Shown: positions 12,978 to 26,213 of the stretch, piece by piece | How the letters are laid out: each line of letters opens with the position of its first letter | How positions within the stretch are numbered: position 1 is the stretch's first letter | From: Eledone cirrhosa | Lineage: Eukaryota | Length of the DNA stretch: 64,000 nucleotides | Reading direction: 5' to 3' | NCBI GenBank assembly: GCA_964016885.1 | Contig: OZ024742.1 | Location: forward strand, 118,296,001-118,360,000 | Translations under genes and position numbers: made by a program | Notes under the pieces: generated by a model | Seen by the model: the letters and a program-made list of their open reading frames with translations, nothing else | The model's database searches: none | What the model was told of the DNA's origin: nothing

Positions 12978-13469
12978 AAAAGATTTCTTTTTAGTCTATG
13001 AACATTATTATTTTTCTGTTGTTTTTTAGTTGACGGAGTGGATATTTAAACACAAATGTTTTCACTAAGAGCATAAATTATCGATTATAATGCAAATTAT
13101 CGATTATAATGTAAATAGAACATTTCATGTAGATATAATATTTTCTTGTTGTCTGAATCATTTACATTCATATTCTAACTCTGGCCATCCACGACTGATG
13201 TAAAACTAAAACATTTTATACACATTAACTCCTACCTTGCTATAAATTGGTAGCATGAAAGAAACTATAGCTTATAAAACATTTCAAATAAGTAGCAGGA
13301 GTTGTATAATTGGCGACTGATTTTTACGTGCTGTGTTCAAATACTGCAATATATACAGGCAGAAGAGGAATATGACACACCTAACGTTGCTGTAGGTTCA
13401 CCAGAGTGAGTATTCAATACATAGTTTCCAGTAGCTATATTGATATCGTACTCAGCAGTGTGTAATATT

Positions 13470-13537
13470 AATAATAATAATTGTTTCTACTTTTGGCACA
13501 AGGCCAGCAATTACCCAGTGTATTACGGGTACTTTAT
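13470..13537 (-). mobile_element. SINE family A, 3' fragment
   Basis: ttgtttctacttttggcacaaggccagcaattacccagtg plus (ATT)n tail. Confidence 0.8.
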
Positions 13538-13549
13538 AATAATAATAAT

Positions 13550-13761
13550 AAAAAGGACGAAGCTTTTAATCTTCATTATGTTTATTGAAGTGTGACGCGC
13601 GTTTCGCAATTGATCTGTCCTTACCATAACAGAAGTCCGACAAGTTTTTGATTCCAGAGTCGGGCCAGATCGAATACAGATCGAGCCTTGAGCTGATCAC
13701 TCTTGAAACGTGCGTCACACCTCAATAAACGTAATGAAAATTTAACATTTCGTGCTTTTTT
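13550..13761. repeat. Inverted repeat whose arms each carry a hammerhead 3' half (GAAAC-GYGC-GTC) and AATAAA
   Basis: tgacgcgcgtttc at 13593-13605 mirrors gaaacgtgcgtca at 13705-13717; arms ~60 bp. Confidence 0.7.
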
Positions 13762-13948
13762 GGTAATATCGGTAGAGCGTCAAATACCATGCTTTGCAGC
13801 ATAGAGTTACGGCCCTTAACAGTCTGAGTTCCAATCCCGCCGAGGTTCCAATCCCGCCTTTTATCCTTACGGGGTCGATAAAATAAAGCACCAGTAACGT
13901 ACTGAGGTAATTGCTGGTCTTATGCCAAAAGCAGAAACAATTATTATT
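13762..13948 (+). mobile_element. SINE family A
   Basis: Head, B-box, core and tail match family A. Confidence 0.88.
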
Positions 13949-14249
13949 TTAATTCTATATCACATTTTGTAAATACTAATGTCGTTGAGTACAAATTACG
14001 GAGGGGAAAACCATTACTTCATCATATTTACGAGGATGAGTGTAAAAGGCAAATGTATATGTAACTTAGAACAAATAGCACAAAAGGTGTTTATTTTTAT
14101 TTGAAAGCAGTCGTTTATTGATTTTTGTATTGATGTTTACATTTTTAGCCGATAAAAATCAATGGAATACACGCACATACACTCACAAATGAGCACACAC
14201 ATACACAAGCACGCATTCATATATATATATATATATATATATATGAATG

Positions 14250-14334
<85 letters not shown>

Positions 14335-14881
14335 TTGAAAAGAATGACTTCACTTGTAGTTCTAAACAATTTGATTTAATTTTATAATATTATGATTTGG
14401 TTCTACCAAATCATCTATACATATATATAAAACTGTAGTTGTCTGTGTGTGTGAGTGTCCTCATTTTTGCAAAGTCTATACAAATCCACATTTCTACTTC
14501 GATTGACTTTAAGCTTGCATTTATATATTCCTTGCGGTCTAAAGATATTAACTGCAGCTTTATTTTTCAATTTTCTGTTGTTAAAGTGGTGTTAGGCGCC
14601 GGTTATCGATCTCCGTCGCGCACTTATAATTTCTGTCTGTATGTCTGATTGTCTACATTACGACATTATGACAAACATTAATGACGTATTATGTTCGCTA
14701 TTTTCCGTTCATTGCCAGGGAACGTATTCACGAATCAAAGTATCGTCTTCCTGTTTTCCTTCGGTTGCAACGTTTTTCGAAATATTTACTTCTGCGTTCA
14801 CAGATTGATTTTTTAGTTTCAGAAGATCCCGTTAAGGGTGAAAGCAACGATTCTTTGTTTAAACTTTAATCTGTTATTTTA

Positions 14882-15570
14882 ATATATAATATAAGCGAGG
14901 CAAGCTAGCCGTTGCCACTTCTTGCCAATAAACATTAACCCTTTGTGCGCCATTCATCTAACTGTAAACCAACAAATACCAACTAAACGGAGCGTTGACA
15001 AGAACGATGGCGAATGAATCTTCGAGGTAAGCAGTTTCCTCCCGAGTTGTTAGTTCACGCTGGATTCTCTGCTGCACCTTTTCGTAATAATACCGAACAA
15101 CGTACTGCTGGTCACTCCTTCCTCCAAAAGCCGTACAAAGAGGACATGTGCATCGGGTAAAAATCTACACCAGGCCTACGCGTAAATTCGCAAGGGACTG
15201 CACCGAGAGGGATAGAGACAAAGGGTAACTCAGTGACAAGAGTGCGAATGAACTTTTGAGGTAAGTAGCCTACGCCTTACTGCTATTGCACTGGAACCTT
15301 CTGCCAACTTAACCTGTGACTTTCTCTTTCACATTTACTCCATTAGGCCAAAACAGAGGAGTATGAACAGAAGGGCTCAAAAATATTTCTACGAACAGTG
15401 CACGTAGACAGCTAAACTGTACTTTCAACTTCTTAATTTTCTCCAAATAAAACAAGCTTCCTGTCGGTATATTTTCGTGAGTTTTTAACAGGCATTCACA
15501 AATAAACGTTTCTCATTGGAGGTGCTATTACCAATGTTCATACCCGTGCAACGTCGGGATACACTGCTAG
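14882..15570 (+). mobile_element. Non-autonomous Helitron with internal ~235-bp diverged tandem duplication
   Basis: 3' hairpin CCCGtgcaacgtCGGG (15543-15558), then CTAG (15567-15570) followed by T. The AT-rich 5' end is approximate. Confidence 0.6.
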
Positions 15571-15674
15571 TAATATTATAAAATTAAATCAAATTGTTTA
15601 GAACTAGAAGTAAAGTCATTATTTTCCTTTTTTCAAATATACCTAACTGTACCAAGGATTTCACACATTTTCCT

Positions 15675-15741
15675 ATATATATATATACATATATATATGG
15701 AGTATATATATATATATACCCCATATATATATGTGTGTGTG

Positions 15742-15773
<32 letters not shown>

Positions 15774-15782
15774 CTCCATATA

Positions 15783-15870
<88 letters not shown>

Positions 15871-15887
15871 TACATATATATATGGAG

Positions 15888-15925
<38 letters not shown>

Positions 15926-15937
15926 TATATATATGGA

Positions 15938-15993
<56 letters not shown>

Positions 15994-16050
15994 ATGTGTG
16001 CGTGTGTGTGTGGGTGTGGGTGTAAAGAGAGTGAGAGGGAGAGAGAGAGA
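15675..16050. repeat. (TA)n/(TG)n/(GA)n compound microsatellite
   Basis: Directly visible; interspersed with tggag/ctcca units. Confidence 0.95.
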
Positions 16051-16467
16051 AAGTTTGCCGGTGCTGAGCCTAGAGACCACAAATCAGAGTAGTATTCTAT
16101 CTATTTACCGTCATCATCGTTTCACAAAAGCAACACGAGTCGATAAATTAGAACTGGCCCGATCAACACTTAATGATAAACTTAAATAATTCATTGTCTC
16201 GGAATAATAACGATTAATTCGATTTTTAAACGCTTTGTACAGAATGCATAAGCAACGTAGAAATCAGACAGAGATTGACAACAAATACCCAAGGAAAATA
16301 TATTTACCTTCACCGCAGGAGGTTTCTGTGGGGCCTGGCTTAATATCAAGCTAAATGCATTACGCACATTTGCAGTAGTTGTATATCCAAGGGAATCAAA
16401 TGGGGTTTCATAAGCATACACTATCCTTTTGTAGTTATTGTGTTTTACCAAGCCTCCTTGACACTTC

Positions 16468-16600
16468 CTGCTTGCGAGATGGAATGGCTCTTCCAGCGCA
16501 TCTCCCTTACCATCCTCCGGAGAAACGCCTTCTCCATTCTGTCCGCCGGGGCTGTGGGGCGACCAGCACGTGGGACCCCATTTGCTCACTATACAGAGAG
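16468..16600 (+). mobile_element. Second CRE-like 3' fragment
   Basis: Near-identical to 7215-7326 (tggaatggctcttccagcgcatctcccttac..gggaccccatttgctcac). Confidence 0.75.
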
Positions 16601-16979
16601 ATGGGGACGATGACGATGGGAGTTCGGACACATTGCACCTGTCAAGAGTGTATTTTCATACTTGTGACGAACATTTAGAATAGTTATAAAGCCAGCTGCT
16701 TGGCTTCCTTCTTGATCAGTTCTTTCGATGCTGACACACACAATCAAACAGTTCTAACAGCCAAGCTAACATGTCGTAGTCTGATGCACATCAGACCTTC
16801 ATACTCTTAAAAAAAGATATTCTGTTTCTTCCTCTTCTTACTCTCGTCTATTTTTCTATTTCTTCTATCTCTCATTCTATCTTCGGGTAAAGTTTTAAAC
16901 TGATATATATCATGTCTGCACCGTATTGTTCTCCAGTAGTGCTTGTCCTCGTTGACTTTTAGCACACACACACACACTA

Positions 16980-17083
<104 letters not shown>

Positions 17084-17733
17084 CAACATACATACATACA
17101 CATATATATATGACGGCGATGAATTAGTTTAGCGAGGTTTTTTTATATGAAATCGTGTGTCGAAACAGATATTTTTATACTTGGGGAGGGTCATATTGTT
17201 GTAATAATATTGCCAGAAATAATAACAGAACACACTCACTGTTTGGCTGGTTTTCGCTTCTGTATCTTTTGTATCTCCATAGTTAATTCATTTGGTCATC
17301 AATGTTTATCATTGACTGACCAACAGTCAAAAATGCAGATATAAATACATATATATAGTCTAACAAAGTTCTTTCGTTGCACATCTGCAACATCTGCAGT
17401 GGTACTATTATGTTTTCTCCTGTCGTATTGTATGTCTTGCACCTGTCATGTGGATTATGTGATAATTTCATGTTTGTATGCACAACCACTACCTAGAGCT
17501 TTACACTCTCTTCCTCCCATACCCACTTACTTCTCACAACTCCCAGACCATTAGCATCATCACCACAACCACCACCATCCATCAACAACAACTACATCAC
17601 CAAGAACAACAACAACTACTACTACACCACTGTCACAGTTGTTGTTGCAGCCGCCATAACGAAACACGTGAGTTTTTGTCTCGACCCAAACTTAATTATG
17701 GACAGTTAATATATTATCTCGTCAATAAGATGA

Positions 17734-17829
17734 CCTATTGATGAGGGCCGGGTTCTTTACATTAATAATTATCCATTTAATAATGGTAATTCTTCTGTTT
17801 TCTCAATACCGGAAACATTGTTGTATAGG
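17734..17829 (+). ncRNA. Degenerate type I hammerhead-like motif with long stem II insert
   Basis: CCTA-TTGATGA-gggccggg...ccg-GAAAC-attgtt-GTA-TAGG. Stem I is CCTA/TAGG; the core has a C3>T change. Confidence 0.45.
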
Positions 17830-18009
17830 ACTATATATTGCTAATGTAATGTAAATAATATTTTTACTGTTCTGCTTGGTTCTGTTATTTATCTGCAAGA
17901 TATTAAAAATAAGTGTTGTCTGTTTTTGGTATTTTCGCGCCAGTTTTATATTGAAAGGTTATGGTGTAGCGAGTTGTTATTTTGTATATAGACTTAAATT
18001 CATTTGATA

Positions 18010-18245
<236 letters not shown>

Positions 18246-18250
<5 letters not shown>

Positions 18251-18455
18251 AACGAGTAGGACCCCGACGGCTGAGCTCAGGCCGTTTCGACGCCTAATTC
18301 TGGACTAAAAAAGTTTAGTCCAGAATTAGCCGTCGAAACAGCTTGAGCTCAGCCGTCGGGGTCCTACTCGTTCCTATTACCCACTCTACTACCCTAAATA
18401 TTGAGTACTTTGGTGCGTTATGGTCCACCTGGTTCCTTACCACATTCCCTTCGTT
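18246..18455 (+). mobile_element. Palindromic element (family P) built from two inverted hammerhead 3' halves plus a unique tail, inside (TA)n
   Basis: 132-bp near-perfect palindrome at 18246-18377. The tail gtgcgttatggtccacctggttc is shared, inverted, with 35572-35610. Confidence 0.75.
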
Positions 18456-18805
18456 ATATATATATATATATATGTTGTACACACACGGTAAACAGCGGAG
18501 GCCCCGTGTTGTCCCTCTCTAACACAACCTTTTTCCCCTCGGAAAACCCCCAGTTGATGGATGCGGAATCCGAAATATAGGGACTATTAAATCACTTCCA
18601 AGGTAACTCTATCTCGTGTTATTATTTTTTACATTTTTCCTATGTTCCTTTACGCTCTCTACGTCTCTTCCTACAATTCCTCTTACATGTCTCTCTAATT
18701 AACACCTGATTTTGTTACCCGGAGATTTATCCATCTGCATTGTTGAGGCTTCCAAAACGACTATTTTTATTATCCTACAATGCTTCAAGCAAACTTCAAC
18801 ACTCT

Positions 18806-18898
<93 letters not shown>

Positions 18899-21659
18899 AT
18901 ATGTGTGTATGTATGTATATATACACACATATATATATATATAATATATATATAAATATATAAAAAGAGAGCGAGAGAGAAAGAGAGAGAGTGAACGAGA
19001 GAGAGAGTGAGAGTGACAGACAAACATACGATGAGTATTCACACAATTATCGCCTATTAGTTTCCATTCACAAAGTATTTTGCAGACTGAAAGTCTTGTA
19101 GAAGATACTTATCTAATACACAGTATGTAAATAAGAAAATACATATTATGTATAGGTTTTCTGCTTGAAAAATGAAGAAACTGAAAATCGTTCAATGAAA
19201 TTATTTTGAAAAATATTATTCTATGAATCAATTTTGATTAATAGCAAATATTTATTCTGGCGAAATAAATACAATATTAAAGTTTATAATAATTATTATA
19301 GTTTTGATTATACCTGATTCTACATTATAACAGAAAATAATATTAATTCAATATATACAATGTTATGAAATTACTTTTACTTACAACTAATTTTTTTTTT
19401 TTTTTTTACGCTATAAACATACGCTGAAATTTCTAATTCCTGATATTGAAAATTTAATAGTAAAGAATCGGCGTCTGCACTTCTGCAGCTTTCCAAAACA
19501 TAGGCATCGATCTTGCAATCTAATTGAATTATATATTTATCATCTCATATACGATAGAGTGTTGGAAATATAATCCTGCTAGTCTATCACATTTACAAAG
19601 AACACAGTATCTATCATAGAGCAATTGATATTTTTGGAAAATGGTAAATTCTAATCAATTCACATGAAATTTACGGTGGAAGATTAGAATTTCTCTATTG
19701 GAAATGTATCCTTAACAATGATATTATCTTATTTATATTATACATTGTCACAATTAATTGAACTGACCCAGTAATAGTAAAACAAACTGTATCTATGGAA
19801 TTGGTAAGATTATAAATGTAAATACTATTACTGTAAGATTTTTGATAGCTCACATTAGTAATGTCTCTTTCGTATTTCTGTGGGGAGAATAGTCTCTATT
19901 TTTCCATATGAAACAAAAATGTATATAAATGAAAACTCAAAAGTATTAATTAATGCTATTGCTATCGAAGTTTCATGTGTTAAATCGAACATCCAGAAAG
20001 ACATCATAATTAGTGATGTAATATGAAATATCTTGAGTTGACATGGTATTTGGCTATTAACTCATATCATGATTTTAAAACTTTGTTTGTTTTAGGACAC
20101 TTCATCTGACATGTACTGGCTTTCTGAAAAGAAACAATCATCTCTCATATCTACTCAGTATTCTGAAACTATAACTCAATAAATAGCACGACTCGAGATG
20201 GTACCCACCATGATCTGTAAACATAAAAAGGACACCATAATACCAAAAGAAAACGAGAGTTTAAAAAAAAAAGAAATATCTAAGAAGTAGAACATTTACC
20301 TAGTGTGTGAAGAAGGTAGTGTTGACCTCTGTCGAAAAATCCCACGTAATAAAATACATTAAAAAATTTCGAAGTATTGTAAATTCTAATGTTTGGGGCA
20401 GAACAATTCTTTGGAGAAAAAGTGAGTTGGGGGGATGGTAACGTATGGGGTTGAATTTGTTGAATGTTACGTGATTGAAAGCAGCTGTCACAATAGATGT
20501 GTTTTTTTAAGTCAATTGAACCGAGATAAAACAAAAAAATACTATAAGCCGTTCTGTTTTAGTGTAGAAATAAATTAAATTACCTAAGATCATTTATCAT
20601 ACCAATATCTTAGTATCTTGTGAAGTTGATGATAAATGAAAATTTCAATATTACCTAGTAATTGATTAATCTAAGTTAGGAGAGTTCTCACACATTGATT
20701 TGATAGCATGCTTGATGTTCAGCTTAAAGTTTTATAGGTTGATGTCTGTTTGGAAATCATGAGAAAGCTGTAGTAAAAATTTACAGCTCTTGGAAAGAAG
20801 GAGTTGGCCAAGTATTGAGTATGGGGTTTGGAGTAAGATACCGCAAGATTGAAGCCAAAGTAAATGGGAGGGGATATTGTTAGATGGGCTTATTAGTTCA
20901 AAAGAGCAGAAAATCATCTACTAGCAGCAGAAGAGATAAAGGGACAGACTAAATAGCACTTCTAAGGGCTAATGGTTTTAAAGTGTATGTACGTGCATTT
21001 CACCAATCGAACGGGTGGTGTTTTATTAGACATGGTCAAGAATGGGTATAGAGTATCTTCACCGTTCAAAATATGAGAGTAGTACTCTAGTGTTACTTTC
21101 ATTTTGTTTTGTTGAGAGTAAGATATTCTGGTTCTGAAGAGGATCCTAGTTTTTTGAGGATGCAGTTTTGTCAATGCTGTACATAACTAGGAAAATGCCA
21201 CTCTCGCAACATTCTCGGATGAATTATAAGTAAAGTATATTTATAACCAAGATTAGTATGCATTGCCATGGTTGCGACATGGTACCAGAGGGTTCGATGT
21301 GAAAAGTATAAAATGCAAGGGTTAATGTATTGTAGAAGTTTTACATTATCCAATTCAATGACAACAAAATTTAAGATATGATAATGATTGCTTGGTTGGG
21401 AATTGAACTAGTTCATAGTTTTTGGTGGTTGGAAGGTAACTCATATGGCGCTCGACACACATAATGATTTCATTCAGGTAATCAATTGAATTGATTTAGT
21501 ATATTGCCTATGTTTATTTGAATTAAAGTATAGCGTGTACCTATAAACATTAGTAAACATTTAAATTAGTCTGATATTCAATAAGTTTGACGACTCTGTC
21601 ATTCTTTATATAATCCATTCCACCATTATTCACATGACATGTCGTTTCATTATTTTAAC

Positions 21660-21842
21660 TGGCAGCATCGGTAGAGCGTCAGACACCATGCTTTACAGAG
21701 TTCAAATCTGAGTTCAAACGATCTGAGTTCAAATCCCACCGAGGTTAACTTTGCCTTTCATCCTTACGAAGTCGATAAAATAAAGCACCAGTAATGCACT
21801 GGGGTAATTACTGGCCTTGTGCCAAAAGTAGAAACAATTATT
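21660..21842 (+). mobile_element. SINE family A
   Basis: Family match, with the B-box region (gagttcaaa) present three times. Confidence 0.88.
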
Positions 21843-22057
21843 TTTAGTGGGAGGCGAAGCGCCAGCACATATAAACCTAGTCTGTTGAGGTCGATGCATT
21901 TAATGTTTACATCCTTATTATTGTTAGTTATTTAATACTTGAAAAATATGATATTATATTCTAAAACATAATATTGTTTATTAACTCCAGTCCGGATAAA
22001 TGAGAGCTAAGTTGACTTCAGTAGAATTTAAATTCGTTACAGGTATGGAAAAATAAT

Positions 22058-22273
22058 GATTTCTTATATAGACACAAGGCCAGCAATTTTGAGGGAGGGG
22101 AAGTCGACTAAGTGAACCCCAGTGCGTGACTGGTACTTTATTTTATCGACCCCGTAAGGATGAAAGACGACAAAGTTAATCTCGGCGAGATTTGAACTTA
22201 GATCATAAAGGGACGTAACTCTATGCTGCAAAGCATGGCGTCCAACCCTCTACCGATACTGCCAATCCACCGC
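22058..22273 (-). mobile_element. SINE family A (long subtype)
   Basis: Family match with an extra ..gtcgacttcccc.. segment. Confidence 0.88.
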
Positions 22274-24568
22274 ACTATTGGTATGGAAAAATAATAAAAT
22301 ATCACCATCGCTATTTGTATTCTTCGAGGACTCTGTCCGAACGACCCTCACAAGAAGAAGAAGAAGAAGAAGCTATTTGTATTATGATCTTGGTTGGTCT
22401 CATGAACACTTTAACATAGAAACCAACGATAAAACTGGTTACTGTCTTCAAATATTTCAACGAACAAAACGGATAGCTTCACATGTAAAACTAGCTACAA
22501 ATCACGAAGAGTTCAAAAGGTCAAACAATTTCTACCCGATTAATAATCAAACGTAACATCAATCATGATGAAGAATTTAAATCTTATATCATATTTCCTT
22601 TTATTTCCGTTAGAGTTTGGGAATTTTATAAAATTGCCAACATATGTTTGTTTACTTTACAAAAATAAAGTTGATATATAATTTTCCTGGTTTCTTTGGT
22701 AAAAGTGATACCATTTATTTTGACCTATGTTCCAGATATAGCGGAGTAAGATTATTATGGCAGGAAAAGGTAGGATGAGTCTCATTTCCTTGTTCTACGT
22801 TTCACTTTATTTACCTAACTAATATTTTGGCATTTTGTTATTAATTTCAACGAGATTACGAATTTTTTAGAGATGTTTTCATATTACTCAACGCAAGTCC
22901 ACAGGAAGAGTTCAATTCAGATGCTTGTTACTCATACTGTCATCATGTTGTTCGTCTACACAATGTACCAATTCCCAACCTGATGATAATCACAGCGCAG
23001 AGCCAATGACGAGATACATACAGTCGAAATTTCCCGGAAGCAATAACATAGCAAGATTGATAATGAAGGATACAGCAGACGTGCCAACCTCTTAAAACCC
23101 AAAACGGCGAGTACCGTGACAAAGAGTGCCTCCCATAACGGAGAGAAATGAGGCAAAATGGAGAGATTTTACATAATGAAAGCTATACCCATTTTCGCGA
23201 GAGAAGACATATCTCACCCACCATAAAGTGGGTGGGTGATCTCCCCGTCCGACGCAGAGAGTTTACAGGTCTGATATAGGCACCCATATACAATATGTTT
23301 ACGTATAATAAACATAGAGTCAGTCTAGTTGTATATATTTTAAGATGTGAACATGCTGTGGTTACATATATGTCCCTGCTCGTTTGCTCTCACTTACTTA
23401 CACTCAGATAGGCAGTATCGTTATTTTAGATTTTGTAATCAAACTATTCTTGATAAAGGCTCATTTACATATAGTGCAAACTTAATTGGCTAGTATTTAT
23501 TGGCAGTAGCACTAACACAGCATGATTCGGAAGAAAAATGTACATGAGCACATATACAATATGCTACATCTATAAGATTTGATATTTCCGCATCTGGGTG
23601 TAAGTTCTGACGAAATGTAACGACAATGAAACGTATGCATTCATCGCTCATAACCCGATACTGAGAAAGCTGCGAGACCAACTATATATATATTGTATAC
23701 AGGTCCATATCTACCTGGAATCAAAATTTCGTGCGGAGATATGATGGCCTACCGACGAAGCTAAAGAATCTAGTAAAAGTAAGAACGCTACACTAATCCG
23801 TCTTCTCCTCTGAAAATATTAAAAACAAACCTCCTTTAAGAGATACATCTAGTTATATAAAAAATAGGGACTTAGCTTATAATTTGCTGAGTATTCATGA
23901 GTTGTGTCGATTTAGAGAAACAAATATTCTGTTTGTAATTGAATGGTAATTATAACTTCGAAATTCCAATGACATTTTACTGTACACTAAAGATAAAGGA
24001 AAATGTCAACAGACTTTCTAGTTGCATATGTTGTAGGATATTGACTTTTATATTAAAAAGAAAAAGATAAGTGAAATCGAGGTAGAAGGAATAAGAGAAA
24101 AAGTAGATTTGAATTAAAAAAGCGAAAACTAATATAGAAAGGTAATCGTGAAACCACGAAATTTATCAGATTGAGAAAATATTAATATAATAAATAATTT
24201 GTGGAAAGAGAGAAAACGCTGACTTAAAATATATATATTGCACATAAAAAAAAACAGAAAACGATGAAGAAAGAAACACGTTTTGGGAAAATTTTGAAAG
24301 TATTTACAATTTTTGCTAGCTAGCAATATTGAATATGATTTCTTGGTATGACAATATTCCCAGATTTAAGGGAAAATTGCATGTTCTATTATGGAATACA
24401 CGTATACGTAAAACACCCACATATAGGATGTCCCATAGGGTTGGGACACATTTTATTCTTATGTAATAAATATATTTTTTACACAATGTGATTCTTATAA
24501 TCCAAGATACTTGCATTTAATATGTGCCCAGCATTATGAGATACCATGTATATATATATATATATATA

Positions 24569-24599
<31 letters not shown>

Positions 24600-24604
24600 T
24601 AGAG

Positions 24605-24740
24605 TTAGAGAGTCGAGGTTCGACGACTGAGCTTTTGCCGTTTCGACTGCAAATTCCACTGTCGAAACGGCAGGAGCTCAGCCATCGGGCCCAAACTCTC
24701 TAATATATTTATTCTCTGTTATCCTAAGTACTCTGTTGAA
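24605..24740 (+). mobile_element. Palindromic element family P, diverged copy
   Basis: cgacgactgagcttttgccgtttcgac..gtcgaaacggcaggagctcagccatcg, next to (TA)n/(TG)n. Confidence 0.7.
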
Positions 24741-24743
24741 TAC

Positions 24744-24925
24744 TTGTTTCTACCTTTTGGCACAAACCCAGCAATTATCCAGTGCATTACTGGTACTTTA
24801 TTTTATCGACCCCGTAAGGATGAAAGGCAAAGTTAACCTCGGCGGGATTTGAGCTCAGAATGGCAAGCGCCGTAACTCTATGCGTCAAAGCATGGCGTCC
24901 GAACCTCTACCGATACTGCCAATTC
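24744..24925 (-). mobile_element. SINE family A
   Basis: Family match. Confidence 0.88.
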
Positions 24926-24986
24926 ACAATAATGGTCTTGCAAGTTTAAAACTCGTAAAATCCTGATATATATATATATATATATA

Positions 24987-25595
24987 TGAAAAAATGGGGA
25001 GAAGAATACTGCAGGTTGCACATGGATAACATGTTATAAAATGAGTCCCTCATCAGTGATTTGCCGACGATCATAGATATTTCATTGCATTAAAAATCAT
25101 ATACCTCACGTATATATAACTAAATTAAGTTATTAGGACAATTAAAACGCGTAAAGCGAGTGAGACAAGTAAACAACAAAGAGGAAAGCTAACCGTAGAG
25201 AGGAAGGGAACAAGCTACATAGTTATTCTGTTAGCATAAGCTAGGTGAATATATGAGCGCTTAGAAAAAAGACCTTTCGAGATGAATCCAAATGTGAGAA
25301 AGAAGGAAAATGTATTCGTCGCGAACGGGGTGAAGTGAGAAGGGGAGAAACAGTGAGTGAGTGAGTGGAAGTGTGAGGAAGAGTTAACTGACATGACAGA
25401 GGGGGCGAAAGAAAGTAGGAGAAACAGAGAGAACGAGGGAGCAGTAAGAGAGAGAGAGAGAAAAACAGAATCGCAGTTTAGGTAAATATATGTGAAAAAA
25501 TGGGGAGAAGAATACTGCAGGTTGCACATGGATAACATGTTATAAAATGAGTCCCTCATCAGTGATTTGCCGACGATCATAGATATTTCATTGCA

Positions 25596-25599
<4 letters not shown>
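24987..25599 (-). mobile_element. Non-coding element with identical 107-bp terminal direct repeats, flanked by (TA)n
   Basis: 24987-25093 equals 25493-25599. On the minus strand the repeats contain GAAA..TA-TGAT/ATCA-CTGATGA. Confidence 0.7.
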
Positions 25600-25673
<74 letters not shown>

Positions 25674-26015
25674 GGACTCTCCCGTTGATATCGAAGTAAT
25701 GTCTAGAAGATTTATCTTAGTCAGTTCGACGATGTCTATGACTAACATGACACATAAGACCCGCCAAAACTGCCTACAGAGTTGATGGACTACTAAACAG
25801 ATGATTTTTTAAAGGGATTATAGCTTATGTAGGACGTCCCGCAGTTTTTTAATATGCTTATAGCAATGGGGCAGTGCATATATGCGTTACAGGACCCCTC
25901 GAACAATGGTTCTCCTGTTTTATTGTCACGCAATTTAAGCTTTCTGGTATAGCATTATTGGACGCCGTTCGCCCTTTGACGGGTTTTGTTTCTCATTGCG
26001 CTTGGTGTACAAAAG

Positions 26016-26108
26016 TCACACTGCTCACCAAGCAGGCTTAGTGAGATTGCCGGTGTCATCATTGACTACACTGGCAATCTCACTAAGCCAGCTTGGTAAG
26101 GAGAGTGA
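26016..26108. repeat. ~93-bp hairpin
   Basis: accaagcaggcttagtgagattgccggtgt pairs with acactggcaatctcactaagccagcttggt. Confidence 0.85.
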
Positions 26109-26213
26109 TATATATGATGGACTTTCCCATTAATATAACGTATTAGTGTCCAACAGTTTTAGCTTAATCAGTTGATGGGTGTCTATGTCTAACGTGATAC
26201 ATTGTACTATATC

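Noticed and set aside
15584-16189. YI/CV/HT/ER-repeat ORFs here and at ~5.8, 17, 18, 26.5, 35, 53.6 and 55.7 kb
   Set aside because: Microsatellite translations.
19423-20185. Possible exons (minus 19423-19519; plus ~19557-19804 and 20096-20182)
   Set aside because: Splice-like signals are present, but frames contain stops or cannot be linked and no homology is recognisable.
22980-23035. CTGATGA...GAAA hammerhead-like spacing
   Set aside because: No convincing stem I, II or III pairing.
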